A DNA stretch of 64,000 nucleotides from Acidimicrobiia bacterium (GTDB lineage Bacteria; Actinomycetota; Acidimicrobiia; IMCC26256; JACDBD01), in the NCBI GenBank assembly GCA_035316025.1, contig DATFXL010000048.1, positions 5,382 through 69,381 of the forward strand, given 5' to 3'. Position 1 is the stretch's first letter. Every line of letters begins with the position of its first letter. The notes below the pieces were generated by a model. That model was not told where the DNA came from and ran no database searches. It worked only from the letters and a program-made list of their open reading frames with translations. The position numbers and the translations under genes are program-made. This document shows positions 44,144 to 52,735 of this stretch, piece by piece.

Positions 44144-45013
44144 CTACCCCTCGCCGAGCGCAGCGTGGAATGTGTCGAGGAACGCGCGCACGGTCGCTAC
44201 TGCCTCGCGGCGGAGCCGCGCCGCCTCGTCGTCGTCGCCGGGCTCGGCGAGGAACGTCGCGTACGCCGTGGGACCGTCCTGGTCCACGTCCTGGAAGCGT
44301 TCCGCGAGCAGGGCGAGCGCGTCCGTCACCTCCGGATCGCGAGCGACGGCGCTGTTCGCAGCTTCCGTCCCGGCAGCGTCCGGACCGTCGCCGTAATGGA
44401 GGAGGCAGAACACGAGGTCGTACGAGTCCTTGTTCTCGTGACGATCCTGGAACGCCAGGATCTTGAGGACCGTATAGGCGAGCACGCTCGCGACCCTCAC
44501 CGTCACCTTCGAGTGGCCGCCGCCGTCGAGACGCTGGCCTTCGAGCTCGCGCTCGACATAGTCGTAGCCGACGAGATTCGCGCCGCGCACGTTGAAGGCT
44601 CCGACGCGGGAGCCGGTGGAACCCGCCTTCGGCCGGAACACGACGCCGGCGGGGACCGCCTCCGTCTCGCACAAGAACTCGACGGCGACCTTGACGCCCT
44701 CGACTTCGCGCGTCCACCGGAATCCCGGCTCCTTCGGATCGAAGTGCGACTTCTCGAGGTTGTCCTGGAGCGTGCGGTACGTGTCCGGCGTGGCGTCGCC
44801 GAGGGCCAGGCCGATGACGAGGTCGACGTCGGTCGTGCCCACGTGGGCCCGGGCGCCAGGCGCGAGCTCGCCGACGAGATACCGCGGCGCGAGACCACCG
44901 ACAAGGTAGATGCGCTCGCGCCACGGACCGAGGTCGCCCAGGAGCGTGACGAGCGCGCGCTCGCATCGTGCCGTCGTCGCCTCGTCGTAGTCCGTGAAAT
45001 GACCTCGGCTCAA
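44144..45013 (-). CDS. Pol-beta-fold nucleotidyltransferase, AbiEii/AbiGii-like toxin candidate
   Basis: Track ORF 44144..45013. Its TTG start overlaps the upstream stop (TTGA). It has the NTase motif YLVGGLAP...GTTDVDLVIG and the distal motif VLKILAFQDRHENKDSYDLVFCLL, as in AbiEii-type enzymes. Confidence 0.6.
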   Translation of the reverse strand: MSRGHFTDYDEATTARCERALVTLLGDLGPWRERIYLVGGLAPRYLVGELAPGARAHVGTTDVDLVIGLALGDATPDTYRTLQDNLEKSHFDPKEPGFRWTREVEGVKVAVEFLCETEAVPAGVVFRPKAGSTGSRVGAFNVRGANLVGYDYVERELEGQRLDGGGHSKVTVRVASVLAYTVLKILAFQDRHENKDSYDLVFCLLHYGDGPDAAGTEAANSAVARDPEVTDALALLAERFQDVDQDGPTAYATFLAEPGDDDEAARLRREAVATVRAFLDTFHAALGEG

Positions 45014-46050
45014 AACCCGATGACCTCCTGTCGGAGACTGTCGGCTTGCTCCCTGCCCCGGCGCGGGTCACGCCGAAGGTCGGAGAACAGCCTGACCGGG
45101 TTGACGATCCACGTGTCCTCGGCCTGCCGCCGGAACGCCAGCGGTTCGTCCCCGCTGCCTTGCACGAGCACGAGGTTGGCGCCCGCATCGACGACCTCGG
45201 CGCCGGCGGCCGCGACGGCGCTGTCGAGTGAGACCAGCGACTCGATCCAGACCTCGGTGACGGGCACGGCGGTGACGAACGGCGCGACGAGCGCCGCCGC
45301 CCCGGCCCCGGTGACGGCGTGGCCGATCCCGGCGGCATCCAAGGCGGCGCTCACCGCGCCCGCGAGGCGGCGCGGGTCCCGCGCCAGCCGGAACGCACGG
45401 GCGCGACGTACGCCGCGGTCGATGTTCTCCTCCGCCCACAAGTCGAGCAAGGCGCTGGGATCGACGAGGTGACGCACTCGCCGGGGTCCGGCGCCGTCCG
45501 CGGTGACCAGCCCTTCCTCGTGCAGACGTGCGAGCACGCGATGCGCGAGACCGATCGACACGTCCGCGTCGCCGGCGAGGTCCTGCACCTTCCAGCCTCG
45601 CTCGGGGTCGAGGAGCAACGCCTGCGCCGTCACGCCCGCCTTGCCGGCCAGCCGGGCCTGGCCCCGCGCCGACCCGCCCCCTCGCGGTCGCGCCCGCCCC
45701 TGGGTGTGGAGCACGAGGCCCGGGAGGTCGATGTGGGCGTTGCCGAGACCGTCGACCATCGCCACCCCGTGGCGCTCGAGGATCTCGCGCGCCTCGGCGG
45801 TCGTCGCCACCGCGACGAGCAGGAGATTGCGGTCGGGGACGGCCGCTGCCGTCCGTGCGAGCTGACGAGCGGTGGCGGCGTTCGCAGCCCGCCGCACCGT
45901 CAGGGCAACCGGCTCGGCCACCCGGCCGCGGCACAGGACGGCGTCCCCCGGATCCCCGCCGTCCTCGGCGGTACGCGGCTCGACGGCCACGACCGGGACG
46001 TCACGTAGGATCCGCAGGGCCTCGGGCCCGAGTCTTCCTTGGACCTTCAC
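45010..46050 (-). CDS. winged-helix protein, AbiEi-like antitoxin/regulator candidate
   Basis: This is the 3' part of merged track ORF 45010..46617. The start is GTG 46050 (or 46068); further upstream the ORF is antisense to the EthD gene. It has a central wHTH (WKVQDLAGDADVSIGLAHRVLARLHEEGLV) and a C-terminal domain ending NPVRLFSDLRRDPRRGREQADSLRQEVI. Confidence 0.55.
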   Translation of the reverse strand: MKVQGRLGPEALRILRDVPVVAVEPRTAEDGGDPGDAVLCRGRVAEPVALTVRRAANAATARQLARTAAAVPDRNLLLVAVATTAEAREILERHGVAMVDGLGNAHIDLPGLVLHTQGRARPRGGGSARGQARLAGKAGVTAQALLLDPERGWKVQDLAGDADVSIGLAHRVLARLHEEGLVTADGAGPRRVRHLVDPSALLDLWAEENIDRGVRRARAFRLARDPRRLAGAVSAALDAAGIGHAVTGAGAAALVAPFVTAVPVTEVWIESLVSLDSAVAAAGAEVVDAGANLVLVQGSGDEPLAFRRQAEDTWIVNPVRLFSDLRRDPRRGREQADSLRQEVIGF

Positions 46051-46110
46051 GAGTTCGGGGTCTTTCACAGTAGGTGTGAAGATAGCCCCTGGAGTGAAAT
46101 TGGGCAACCC

Positions 46111-46821
46111 GTGATCAAGCTCATCTGCTTCGTGAAGCGCAACCCCTGGCTCTCGGTCGACCAGTTCCACGACCACTGGCGAGGACAGCACGCCCGCCTG
46201 ATCCGCGAGACGCCGGGCGTCGCCGATCGCGTCGAGCGGTACGAGCAGAACCACCGCTGCGCCGAGGACTACGAGCGCGGCGGCGACTTCGACGGCGTCG
46301 CCATCCAATGGTTCGCGTCGATGGACGACTTCGTGGCCATGGTCGCCGATCCGGAGTACCAGGCCCACGTCGCGCCCGACGAGCGCGCCCTTCTCGACCT
46401 CGACGGGCTCGCGTGGATCTTGACCGAAGAGGAGGAGGTCGTGATCCCGGGCCCGGCGGAGCGCGACGAACCGGTCGTCAAGCTCGTCTGCATGGTGAAG
46501 CGGCGGCCGGGCATGCCGATCGATGACTTCCATCGTCACTGGCGGACCGTGCACAGCCCGCTGAACTGCGACACGCCCTCGATCGCCCGCTACTTCGTGC
46601 GCTACGAGCGCAACCACCGCGCGCCGGCCGACTACGCACGTCCAGGAGCCTCAGACTTCGACGGCACCGCGGTCGAGTGGTATCCGTCGGTGCAGGCCTT
46701 CTACGACATGATCGCAGAGCCCGCCTACCGCGAGCTCATCTACCCGGACGAGGAGCGATTCCTCGACCGCGACCACCTCCTCTGGCTCCTCACCGACAAG
46801 GAAGAGACGATCATCGGCTGA
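46111..46821 (+). CDS. tandem EthD-domain protein
   Basis: Track ORF 46039..46821, trimmed to the GTG at 46111. It has two copies of the EthD pattern (VIKLICFVKRNPWLSVDQFHDHWRGQH... and VVKLVCMVKRRPGMPIDDFHRHWRTVH...). Confidence 0.75.
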   Translation: MIKLICFVKRNPWLSVDQFHDHWRGQHARLIRETPGVADRVERYEQNHRCAEDYERGGDFDGVAIQWFASMDDFVAMVADPEYQAHVAPDERALLDLDGLAWILTEEEEVVIPGPAERDEPVVKLVCMVKRRPGMPIDDFHRHWRTVHSPLNCDTPSIARYFVRYERNHRAPADYARPGASDFDGTAVEWYPSVQAFYDMIAEPAYRELIYPDEERFLDRDHLLWLLTDKEETIIG

Positions 46822-47549
46822 TGGAGGTCGAGGAGTACCAGCGCATCGCCGCCGCTGAAGACCACCATTGGTGGTACCGCAACACCCGCGCCCTGATGGC
46901 CGACCTCCTGCGCCCCTGGCTCGCGAACGACCAGCGCATCCTCGACGCCGGATGCGGCCCCGGCGGGAACGGCGCGTGGCTGCGGAGTCACGGACGGGTG
47001 GTCGGCGTAGACGTCGCCCAAGAGGCGCTCGAGTTCGTGCGCGCCCGCCGCCCGGAGACGACGCCGGTACGGGCCAGCGCCGAGCAGCTCCCGTTCGAGG
47101 ACGCGGCGTTCGACGTGGCCGTCGGCATCACGTTGCTGTACACGGTGCACGACGACGTCGCCGCCCTCGGCGAGCTCGCGCGGGTGGTGCGCAGCGGCGG
47201 TGCAATGCTGCTGCTCGAGCCGGCGTTCGAATCGCTGCGGCGTGGCCATGACGTGACCGTGCACGGCCGGCGCCGTTACCGGCGCCACGAGCTCGCTCGC
47301 CTCGCGGCACTGAGTGGGCTACGCGTGCGGCGAGCGACCTACGCCTACTCGTTCCTCGCCCCGCCGGCAGCCGTGCTGGCCGTCGTCGAGCGCCGAGGAA
47401 CCAACCCGCCCCGGGGCGCGGGCTCCGACGTCGACCGGCGCGCGCTCGACCAGGTGTTCGCGCCGCTCGCGGGTGCGGAGCGCCGCTGGCTGATCCGTCA
47501 CGACGTCCCCGTCGGGACATCCGTCGCCGTCGTCGCGACCCGCGACTAG
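46821..47549 (+). CDS. class I SAM-dependent methyltransferase
   Basis: This is the 3' part of track ORF 46677..47549. The ATG at 46821 overlaps the EthD stop (TGATG). It has the SAM motif ILDAGCGPGGNG and FDVAVGITLLY. Confidence 0.85.
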   Translation: MEVEEYQRIAAAEDHHWWYRNTRALMADLLRPWLANDQRILDAGCGPGGNGAWLRSHGRVVGVDVAQEALEFVRARRPETTPVRASAEQLPFEDAAFDVAVGITLLYTVHDDVAALGELARVVRSGGAMLLLEPAFESLRRGHDVTVHGRRRYRRHELARLAALSGLRVRRATYAYSFLAPPAAVLAVVERRGTNPPRGAGSDVDRRALDQVFAPLAGAERRWLIRHDVPVGTSVAVVATRD

Positions 47550-48286
47550 CGCGCCCCTTCGGGCCCACCCCTCCCCCGGCGCAACAACACCAGCTGCACC
47601 CAGAGCTTGGCCAGGTCCCACAACGTGCGGGCAACGCTCGACAACTTGAAGAACTGCGACCGGCCGTGCACGCGCGGATAGTGATGGACACCGACTTCGA
47701 CGAATCGGGCGTCGGCGTCCTGGAGCGAGCGCACGAGCTCGACGCAGATCACACCCGTCGTCTTCTCCAGCCGGACGCGCTCGAGCATCGATCGCCGCAT
47801 GAGGCGGAAGTCGCAGTCGGTGTCACGGACGTGCAGCCCGAACACGAGCGACACGAACCTGTGGTAGATCCGACCGATCGCTCGCCGCGCGAGGTTGTCG
47901 GCCCGATTCAGCTTGTAGGCCTGCACGACGTCGACGTCATCGGCCGCTCGAGCGACGAGGAGCTCGAGCTCGGTCGGGTCGAACTGGCCGTCACCGTCGG
48001 TGTAGAAGACCCATTGCTTCGTCGCCGACCCGAATCCGGAGAGCAGCGCGCCGCCGTAGCCCCGGTTGTGCTCGTGCGTGACGACACGCAGCCGCGGCTC
48101 TGTCTGCGTGAAATCCTTGAGGACGCGTTCGGACCCGTCGCTCGAGCCGTCGTTGACGACGATGATCTCGCCGTCGGCGCCGACCCGGTCGAGGGTGGCG
48201 GCGGCCGCGTCGACCATGGCACCGATGGTCGCCTCGTCGTTGTAGCAAGGGAAGAACGCCGAAACGGACTGCACCGCCGGGTTCAC
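47546..48286 (-). CDS. GT2 glycosyltransferase, DPM1/ArnC-like polyprenyl-phosphate sugar synthase type
   Basis: This is the 3' part of merged track ORF 47546..49462. The GTG at 48286 overlaps the upstream stop (GTGA). It has FFPCYNDE, IVVNDGSSDGS and YTDGDGQF. Its stop overlaps the convergent methyltransferase stop (CTAG). Confidence 0.85.
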   Translation of the reverse strand: MNPAVQSVSAFFPCYNDEATIGAMVDAAAATLDRVGADGEIIVVNDGSSDGSERVLKDFTQTEPRLRVVTHEHNRGYGGALLSGFGSATKQWVFYTDGDGQFDPTELELLVARAADDVDVVQAYKLNRADNLARRAIGRIYHRFVSLVFGLHVRDTDCDFRLMRRSMLERVRLEKTTGVICVELVRSLQDADARFVEVGVHHYPRVHGRSQFFKLSSVARTLWDLAKLWVQLVLLRRGRGGPEGAR

Positions 48287-49317
48287 CGGAGAGCGCGGCA
48301 CACCAGCTCGATCTCGTCGTCGGTCATCTCGGGGAAGCAGGGTAGCGAGATGCACTCCGCCGCCCAGGACTCCGCTTCGGGGCACGGATCTCGCACGAAC
48401 GGGCGGTACGCGGGCTGCTGAGTCAGGGCCCTCGGGTAGTGGACCCCGGTGTCGAACGGCATTCGCGCACGGAACTCGTCCCGGTCGTCCACGCGCGCGA
48501 CGCACAGGTGGTACACGTGCCGCTCGTGTGACGCCTGCCAGCGCATCGCCGGTGCCGCGTCCCGGTAGGCCTGCACAATGGCCCTCCGGCGCGCGTTCCA
48601 CTCCGGGAGCCGCCGTAGCTCGATGCGCAGTACGGCCGCCTCGATCTCCGACAGCCGCGAATTGCCGGCCACCACGGTGTGCTCGTACCCGCTCGTGAGA
48701 CCGTGGGCCCGCAGCAACCGGACCTGCGCAGCGAGGTCGGCGTCGTCGGTCACAATGGCGCCGCCATCGCCGACGCCGCCCAGGTTCTTCGTCGGGTAGA
48801 AGCTGTACGCGACCGCTGCCGACCGCGCGTGCTCGTCGAGCGCACCGTGAGCCTGCGCAGCGTCCTCGAGCGTCGTCACCCCGAGGTCCGGCACCGCGGC
48901 TGGGCGTCCGTACAGGTGCACGGGGATCACGGCCCGGGTCCGCTCGGTGATCGCAGCCCGCGCCCGGGCTGGGTCCAACAGTGCGGTGTCGCGTTCGACG
49001 TCGACGATGACCGGCGTCGCGCCCGTCGCGCACACCGCGGCCGCCGTCGGCACGGCGGTCATCGCCGGTACGACGACCTCGTCGCTCGCACCGATGCCGA
49101 GTGCCAGCAGCGCCAGGCGCAGCGCTTCGGTCCCGGACGCGACGGCGACCGCGTGGCGCCGACCGCAGAATGCAGCGAACTCCGTCTCGAACGTCTCCGT
49201 CTCGGGGCCGAGCAGGAACTTCCCCGACCGCAGCACCCGGTCCACCGCGTTCGCGAGCTCGGGTTGCAGCGAAGCGGCGCGACGCGCCAGGTCGAGCACA
49301 GGTGGTCGAGCCGTCAT
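48283..49317 (-). CDS. DegT/DnrJ/EryC1/StrS family sugar aminotransferase
   Basis: This is the 3' part of track ORF 48283..49617, with the ATG at 49317. It has GTEALRLAL, DAAQAHG and the PLP-lysine motif YSFYPTKNLG. Confidence 0.9.
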   Translation of the reverse strand: MTARPPVLDLARRAASLQPELANAVDRVLRSGKFLLGPETETFETEFAAFCGRRHAVAVASGTEALRLALLALGIGASDEVVVPAMTAVPTAAAVCATGATPVIVDVERDTALLDPARARAAITERTRAVIPVHLYGRPAAVPDLGVTTLEDAAQAHGALDEHARSAAVAYSFYPTKNLGGVGDGGAIVTDDADLAAQVRLLRAHGLTSGYEHTVVAGNSRLSEIEAAVLRIELRRLPEWNARRRAIVQAYRDAAPAMRWQASHERHVYHLCVARVDDRDEFRARMPFDTGVHYPRALTQQPAYRPFVRDPCPEAESWAAECISLPCFPEMTDDEIELVCRALR

Positions 49318-49322
49318 CGTGG

Positions 49323-50321
49323 TCACAGGTATCGCGAGCGATGCGTCCGGTAGAACTCGATCGTCTTCGCGATCCCCTCGGCGAACGGTGTGCGGGGCTC
49401 CCACCCGAGGAGGCGCTTCGCCTTCGACGAGTCGCCGTAATAGGAGCCGATGTCGATGGCATCGCGGTCGTGTGGCCACGGCACCGTTTCGATCGATCCC
49501 GAGCCGGCGGCGGCCACGATGGTCTCGGCGATCGAGCGAAGTGAGAGGCGCTCGTCGTTGCCGACGTTGAACACCTCCCCCGGCGCCTCCTCCGACCTCG
49601 CCGTCAGCAAGAGACACTCGACGACGTCGTCGACGTAGAGGCAGTCACGCTCCTGCGCTCCCTCGCCGAAGACCGTGATCGACTCGCCCGACAGCGCGCG
49701 ACGCACGAAGATCGGCAAGAAGCCCTGCAGGTCGTCGCGCAAGCGCTGCCGCGGGCCGTACACGTTGGTGAGCCGGACCGAACTCGCTCTGATGCCGTAC
49801 AGCTCCCCGTAGAGCAGATGCAGCTGCTCTGTCGCCGACTTACTGATCCCGTTCACGTCCACCGGCGAGACTGGGTGGTCCTCGTCGACCGGTAGGTAAC
49901 GCGGGTGGCCGAAGATCTGGCGCGTCGACGTGTAGACGACGACCGCGGTCGAGCCGACGTCGCGCAGGACCTCGAGAAAGCCGAGCTGACTAGCGGTATT
50001 GACCTCGAGATCGAAGCGGGGGCGCGCCATCGACTCGACGTGGCTCACTTGACCCGCCAGATTGAAGACCACGTCGGCGGCGTCGGCGGCGTCGCGCACG
50101 GCACCGACATCGTCCACCGGAGCCTCGATCACCTCGATCACGCCGGGCGCGTCCTCGAGGTTCCGCCGGTCGCCGCCATGGGTGGGGACGAGCGCGTCGA
50201 CGACGGTGACATGGGCTCCGCCGCTCGAGAGAGCCAGGGCAACATTGGAGCCGATGAAGCCCAGCCCGCCGGTCACCAGGCACCGCTGACCGGAGAAGGA
50301 AGTCAGGAGAGACTCGTCCAA
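49323..50321 (-). CDS. NAD-dependent epimerase/dehydratase (extended SDR) family protein
   Basis: Track ORF 49323..50321 with a TTG start. It has VTGGLGFIGSN and NVYGPRQ. The expected YxxxK reads NGISK (Asn157, Lys161). Confidence 0.88.
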   Translation of the reverse strand: MDESLLTSFSGQRCLVTGGLGFIGSNVALALSSGGAHVTVVDALVPTHGGDRRNLEDAPGVIEVIEAPVDDVGAVRDAADAADVVFNLAGQVSHVESMARPRFDLEVNTASQLGFLEVLRDVGSTAVVVYTSTRQIFGHPRYLPVDEDHPVSPVDVNGISKSATEQLHLLYGELYGIRASSVRLTNVYGPRQRLRDDLQGFLPIFVRRALSGESITVFGEGAQERDCLYVDDVVECLLLTARSEEAPGEVFNVGNDERLSLRSIAETIVAAAGSGSIETVPWPHDRDAIDIGSYYGDSSKAKRLLGWEPRTPFAEGIAKTIEFYRTHRSRYL

Positions 50322-50360
50322 GGGCGAGTCAGCTTATCGGGGGGCGTCTCCGAGGACGCG

Positions 50361-51095
50361 TCACCCCAGCCGCACCTGCGCCGCGGAGCGGGGCTCACCG
50401 CCCGCCAACAGCCACACCATCAGGGTGTCGCCGTCGACCGTCGAGCGCACCTCGACCTGATCGTCGGGCTCGATGGCAACGCGGTGCTCGAGCGCCGCCC
50501 TCGACGGGACGCGTCCGGGCACGAGGCGCGCCATCTCGTCCTCCACCGCGTACCAGTACGCGGCGTTGTTCACGTGACGCAACAGGTCGAAATCGCTCGC
50601 GCGAATCGGCCACGGTCGCGCGCGCGCGCCGGCCGGTGGCGGCGGGAGGTGCAAACGCCCGCTGACCTTCCGACCGGCGGCCGCTTCGCCGTAGTGCTCC
50701 AGGAACCACTCTCCCAGCCGGGCCGGTCGACCAGCACGGTCCACGTACACCCAGATCGCGACCGCCTCCGCCACGGGCGCGGCGCCCGCCACGAGAATCG
50801 TTCGACGTTCCGCCCACCGCGAGCCGGTTCCGCTGCAGAAGGTGGTCAGCTCGACGTCGTCGCGGTACCTGGGCAACTCGCCGAGCGACAGCGCGGTGCG
50901 CCGCAACACCCATGCACCGTCGACCCTGGGGTCGTCGAGGTCGTCGACGTCGTCGGAGGCGACGTCCTGCAGATAGCGGGCTACGGCGTCGAGGCGGAGC
51001 CGGTTGGAGCGGTTCACGTCGCCGAGGCGGACACGCCGACGTCCCACGAACTGCCGGCCCTGCTCGGGCCGCGGATAGAACTCGTGCTTCACCAC
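50361..51095 (-). CDS. acyl-ACP thioesterase family protein
   Basis: This is the 3' part of track ORF 50361..51392, with a GTG at 51095/51092. It has RLDAVARYLQDVASDD and DFDLLRHVNNAAYW, typical of acyl-ACP thioesterases. Confidence 0.72.
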   Translation of the reverse strand: MVKHEFYPRPEQGRQFVGRRRVRLGDVNRSNRLRLDAVARYLQDVASDDVDDLDDPRVDGAWVLRRTALSLGELPRYRDDVELTTFCSGTGSRWAERRTILVAGAAPVAEAVAIWVYVDRAGRPARLGEWFLEHYGEAAAGRKVSGRLHLPPPPAGARARPWPIRASDFDLLRHVNNAAYWYAVEDEMARLVPGRVPSRAALEHRVAIEPDDQVEVRSTVDGDTLMVWLLAGGEPRSAAQVRLG

Positions 51096-51144
51096 GCGCC
51101 CCCGCGTGTCGAAGGATCCGACGTATCGGCACCCTGTGCGCGCA

Positions 51145-52722
51145 TCATTGCGGGCGGCGGTGGCGCAGGTCGTGGGCGACAACGCGAGAGATGTGCGCGA
51201 ACACAGACAGGAGCGCCAGCCGTTCGCGGGCCGCCAGGTCTTGGAACGCGGCGCGGCCCGACCTCCGCCACTGATCGCCCGGTCGGTGCTCTTCCTCGGC
51301 GCGGGCGATTGCTTGCTCCTCGATCTCGGCGGACAGGCCGCTCTCGCTGAGTGCGCCGGCGCGCAGCCACTCGAGCGTGCTGCGGTACCCAAGGTCGAAG
51401 TCGCTTGTGCGCAGCTCGCGCGACAGGAACCCCCCGAAGTGGAAAAGGAACTCGCCGGCGAGCATCTGTACCACGGGCGTGGCCTTCGCCTCGGGCAGCA
51501 GAAGTGGCGAGACGACCTCGAGCATGATGCGCTCTTTGCCCGCGATCCCCGCGATCTCTGCGACGACGTCGCGCAGCAGCTCGGTCGTGGGCTTGTCGGC
51601 GATCGGCTCGGGCGCGGCCGCCGCCGGATCCTTCTCGTGCGCGCGCAACGCCCGCCGTTGTCCCTCGATGACGCCGCTCGCCCGCATCAGCGCGTCGCGA
51701 AGTCGGGCGCCTGTGTCGGCGTCGAGATCATCGAGGACGGGCCCGATCTCCTCGAACAGGCGTCCGGTCCAGTCGAGCCGGGTGTTGATCTGCTCGAGAT
51801 GCAGCAGGTCGTCGTACACCGATTGGGTGCGCTGGAGGTCGCGCGCCCGCAACAGCGTCGCGAGCCACGTCGGCGGATTTTGCGGGTCGGCCCACGCCGT
51901 CCCTGTGGGGGCGCCGGTCGGGTTGGGGTGGACGAGCACCTGGATCCGTCGCACGTCGGGCGACGAGTCTCGGTCGACCTCGCGTACAAGGTCCAGCGTG
52001 CGCGTCAGCGGCTCGCTGTCGAGAATGCCGCCGTCCGTGTACCAGAGCTGCTTCGACGTCGGGAAGTTCACGATGCCGCGCGCCCGGTAGCCGTCCTCGT
52101 CGCGACCGCGGTCGAGCAGCATGGGCCGGAACGCCAACGCGTTGGCGGCCGACGCCAACGCCACGTCGGTTGGCGATGCGTGCCGCGGCTCCGTCAGCTC
52201 GCGCATCGGCTGGCCGCCCGAGAGCGTGAACATCGCCCAGTCGAGCGACGTCGTTGCCCGAACCGGCCGGCGGGCCGAGAGGCTCGGAACCCGATATTCG
52301 AGGCCGCGTAGCGACGCCAGCGCCATCACCATCCGGATCGGCACCCGCTGACCCGCGCCGACGCGACGGGCCGGACGCCCAAAGGGATCGCGGGGATCGA
52401 GGAGGTCGACCGAAGCCCGCCGCAGGGCGTCGAGCGACAGCGGCTCGTCGGGCGCGTCGGTGCGCATCGCCGAGAGCGAGTCACGTTCGACCCACGCTTC
52501 GCGCATCACGTAGACGGGGTCGATCCCCTCCAGCAGGCATCGCGCCGCGAGCAACCCTGTGATCGACCCGGCCGACGCGCCGCCGATGGCGTCGACGCGC
52601 ACGGCGGGATCGTCGCCGCCGCAGAGCTCCTTGATCGCGCACAGCAACGCGGCCAGGGCACCGCCCTCATAGGCCCCGAGTGCGACCGCGCCCGAGATCG
52701 TGAGCGCGATGCGTAGCTTCAT
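51145..52722 (-). CDS. patatin-like phospholipase with C-terminal DUF3376-like extension
   Basis: Track ORF 51145..52722. It has a glycine-rich oxyanion motif SGAVALGAYEGG, the GxSxG motif GGASAGS, and catalytic Asp in YTDGGILD. The C-terminal motif is GEFLFHFGGFLSRELRTSDFDLGYRS. Confidence 0.85.
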   Translation of the reverse strand: MKLRIALTISGAVALGAYEGGALAALLCAIKELCGGDDPAVRVDAIGGASAGSITGLLAARCLLEGIDPVYVMREAWVERDSLSAMRTDAPDEPLSLDALRRASVDLLDPRDPFGRPARRVGAGQRVPIRMVMALASLRGLEYRVPSLSARRPVRATTSLDWAMFTLSGGQPMRELTEPRHASPTDVALASAANALAFRPMLLDRGRDEDGYRARGIVNFPTSKQLWYTDGGILDSEPLTRTLDLVREVDRDSSPDVRRIQVLVHPNPTGAPTGTAWADPQNPPTWLATLLRARDLQRTQSVYDDLLHLEQINTRLDWTGRLFEEIGPVLDDLDADTGARLRDALMRASGVIEGQRRALRAHEKDPAAAAPEPIADKPTTELLRDVVAEIAGIAGKERIMLEVVSPLLLPEAKATPVVQMLAGEFLFHFGGFLSRELRTSDFDLGYRSTLEWLRAGALSESGLSAEIEEQAIARAEEEHRPGDQWRRSGRAAFQDLAARERLALLSVFAHISRVVAHDLRHRRPQ

Positions 52723-52735
52723 GTCTTGCGCCGCG

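Noticed and set aside
51145-52722. Patatin-like phospholipase considered as a defence-system effector (CBASS-type or similar).
   Set aside because: No cyclase, sensor or other defence partner is adjacent. The C-terminal extension matches the DUF3376-type region common in actinobacterial patatin proteins. The neighbours are lipid-metabolism genes (acyl-ACP thioesterase, acyl-CoA dehydrogenase). It is more likely lipid housekeeping.
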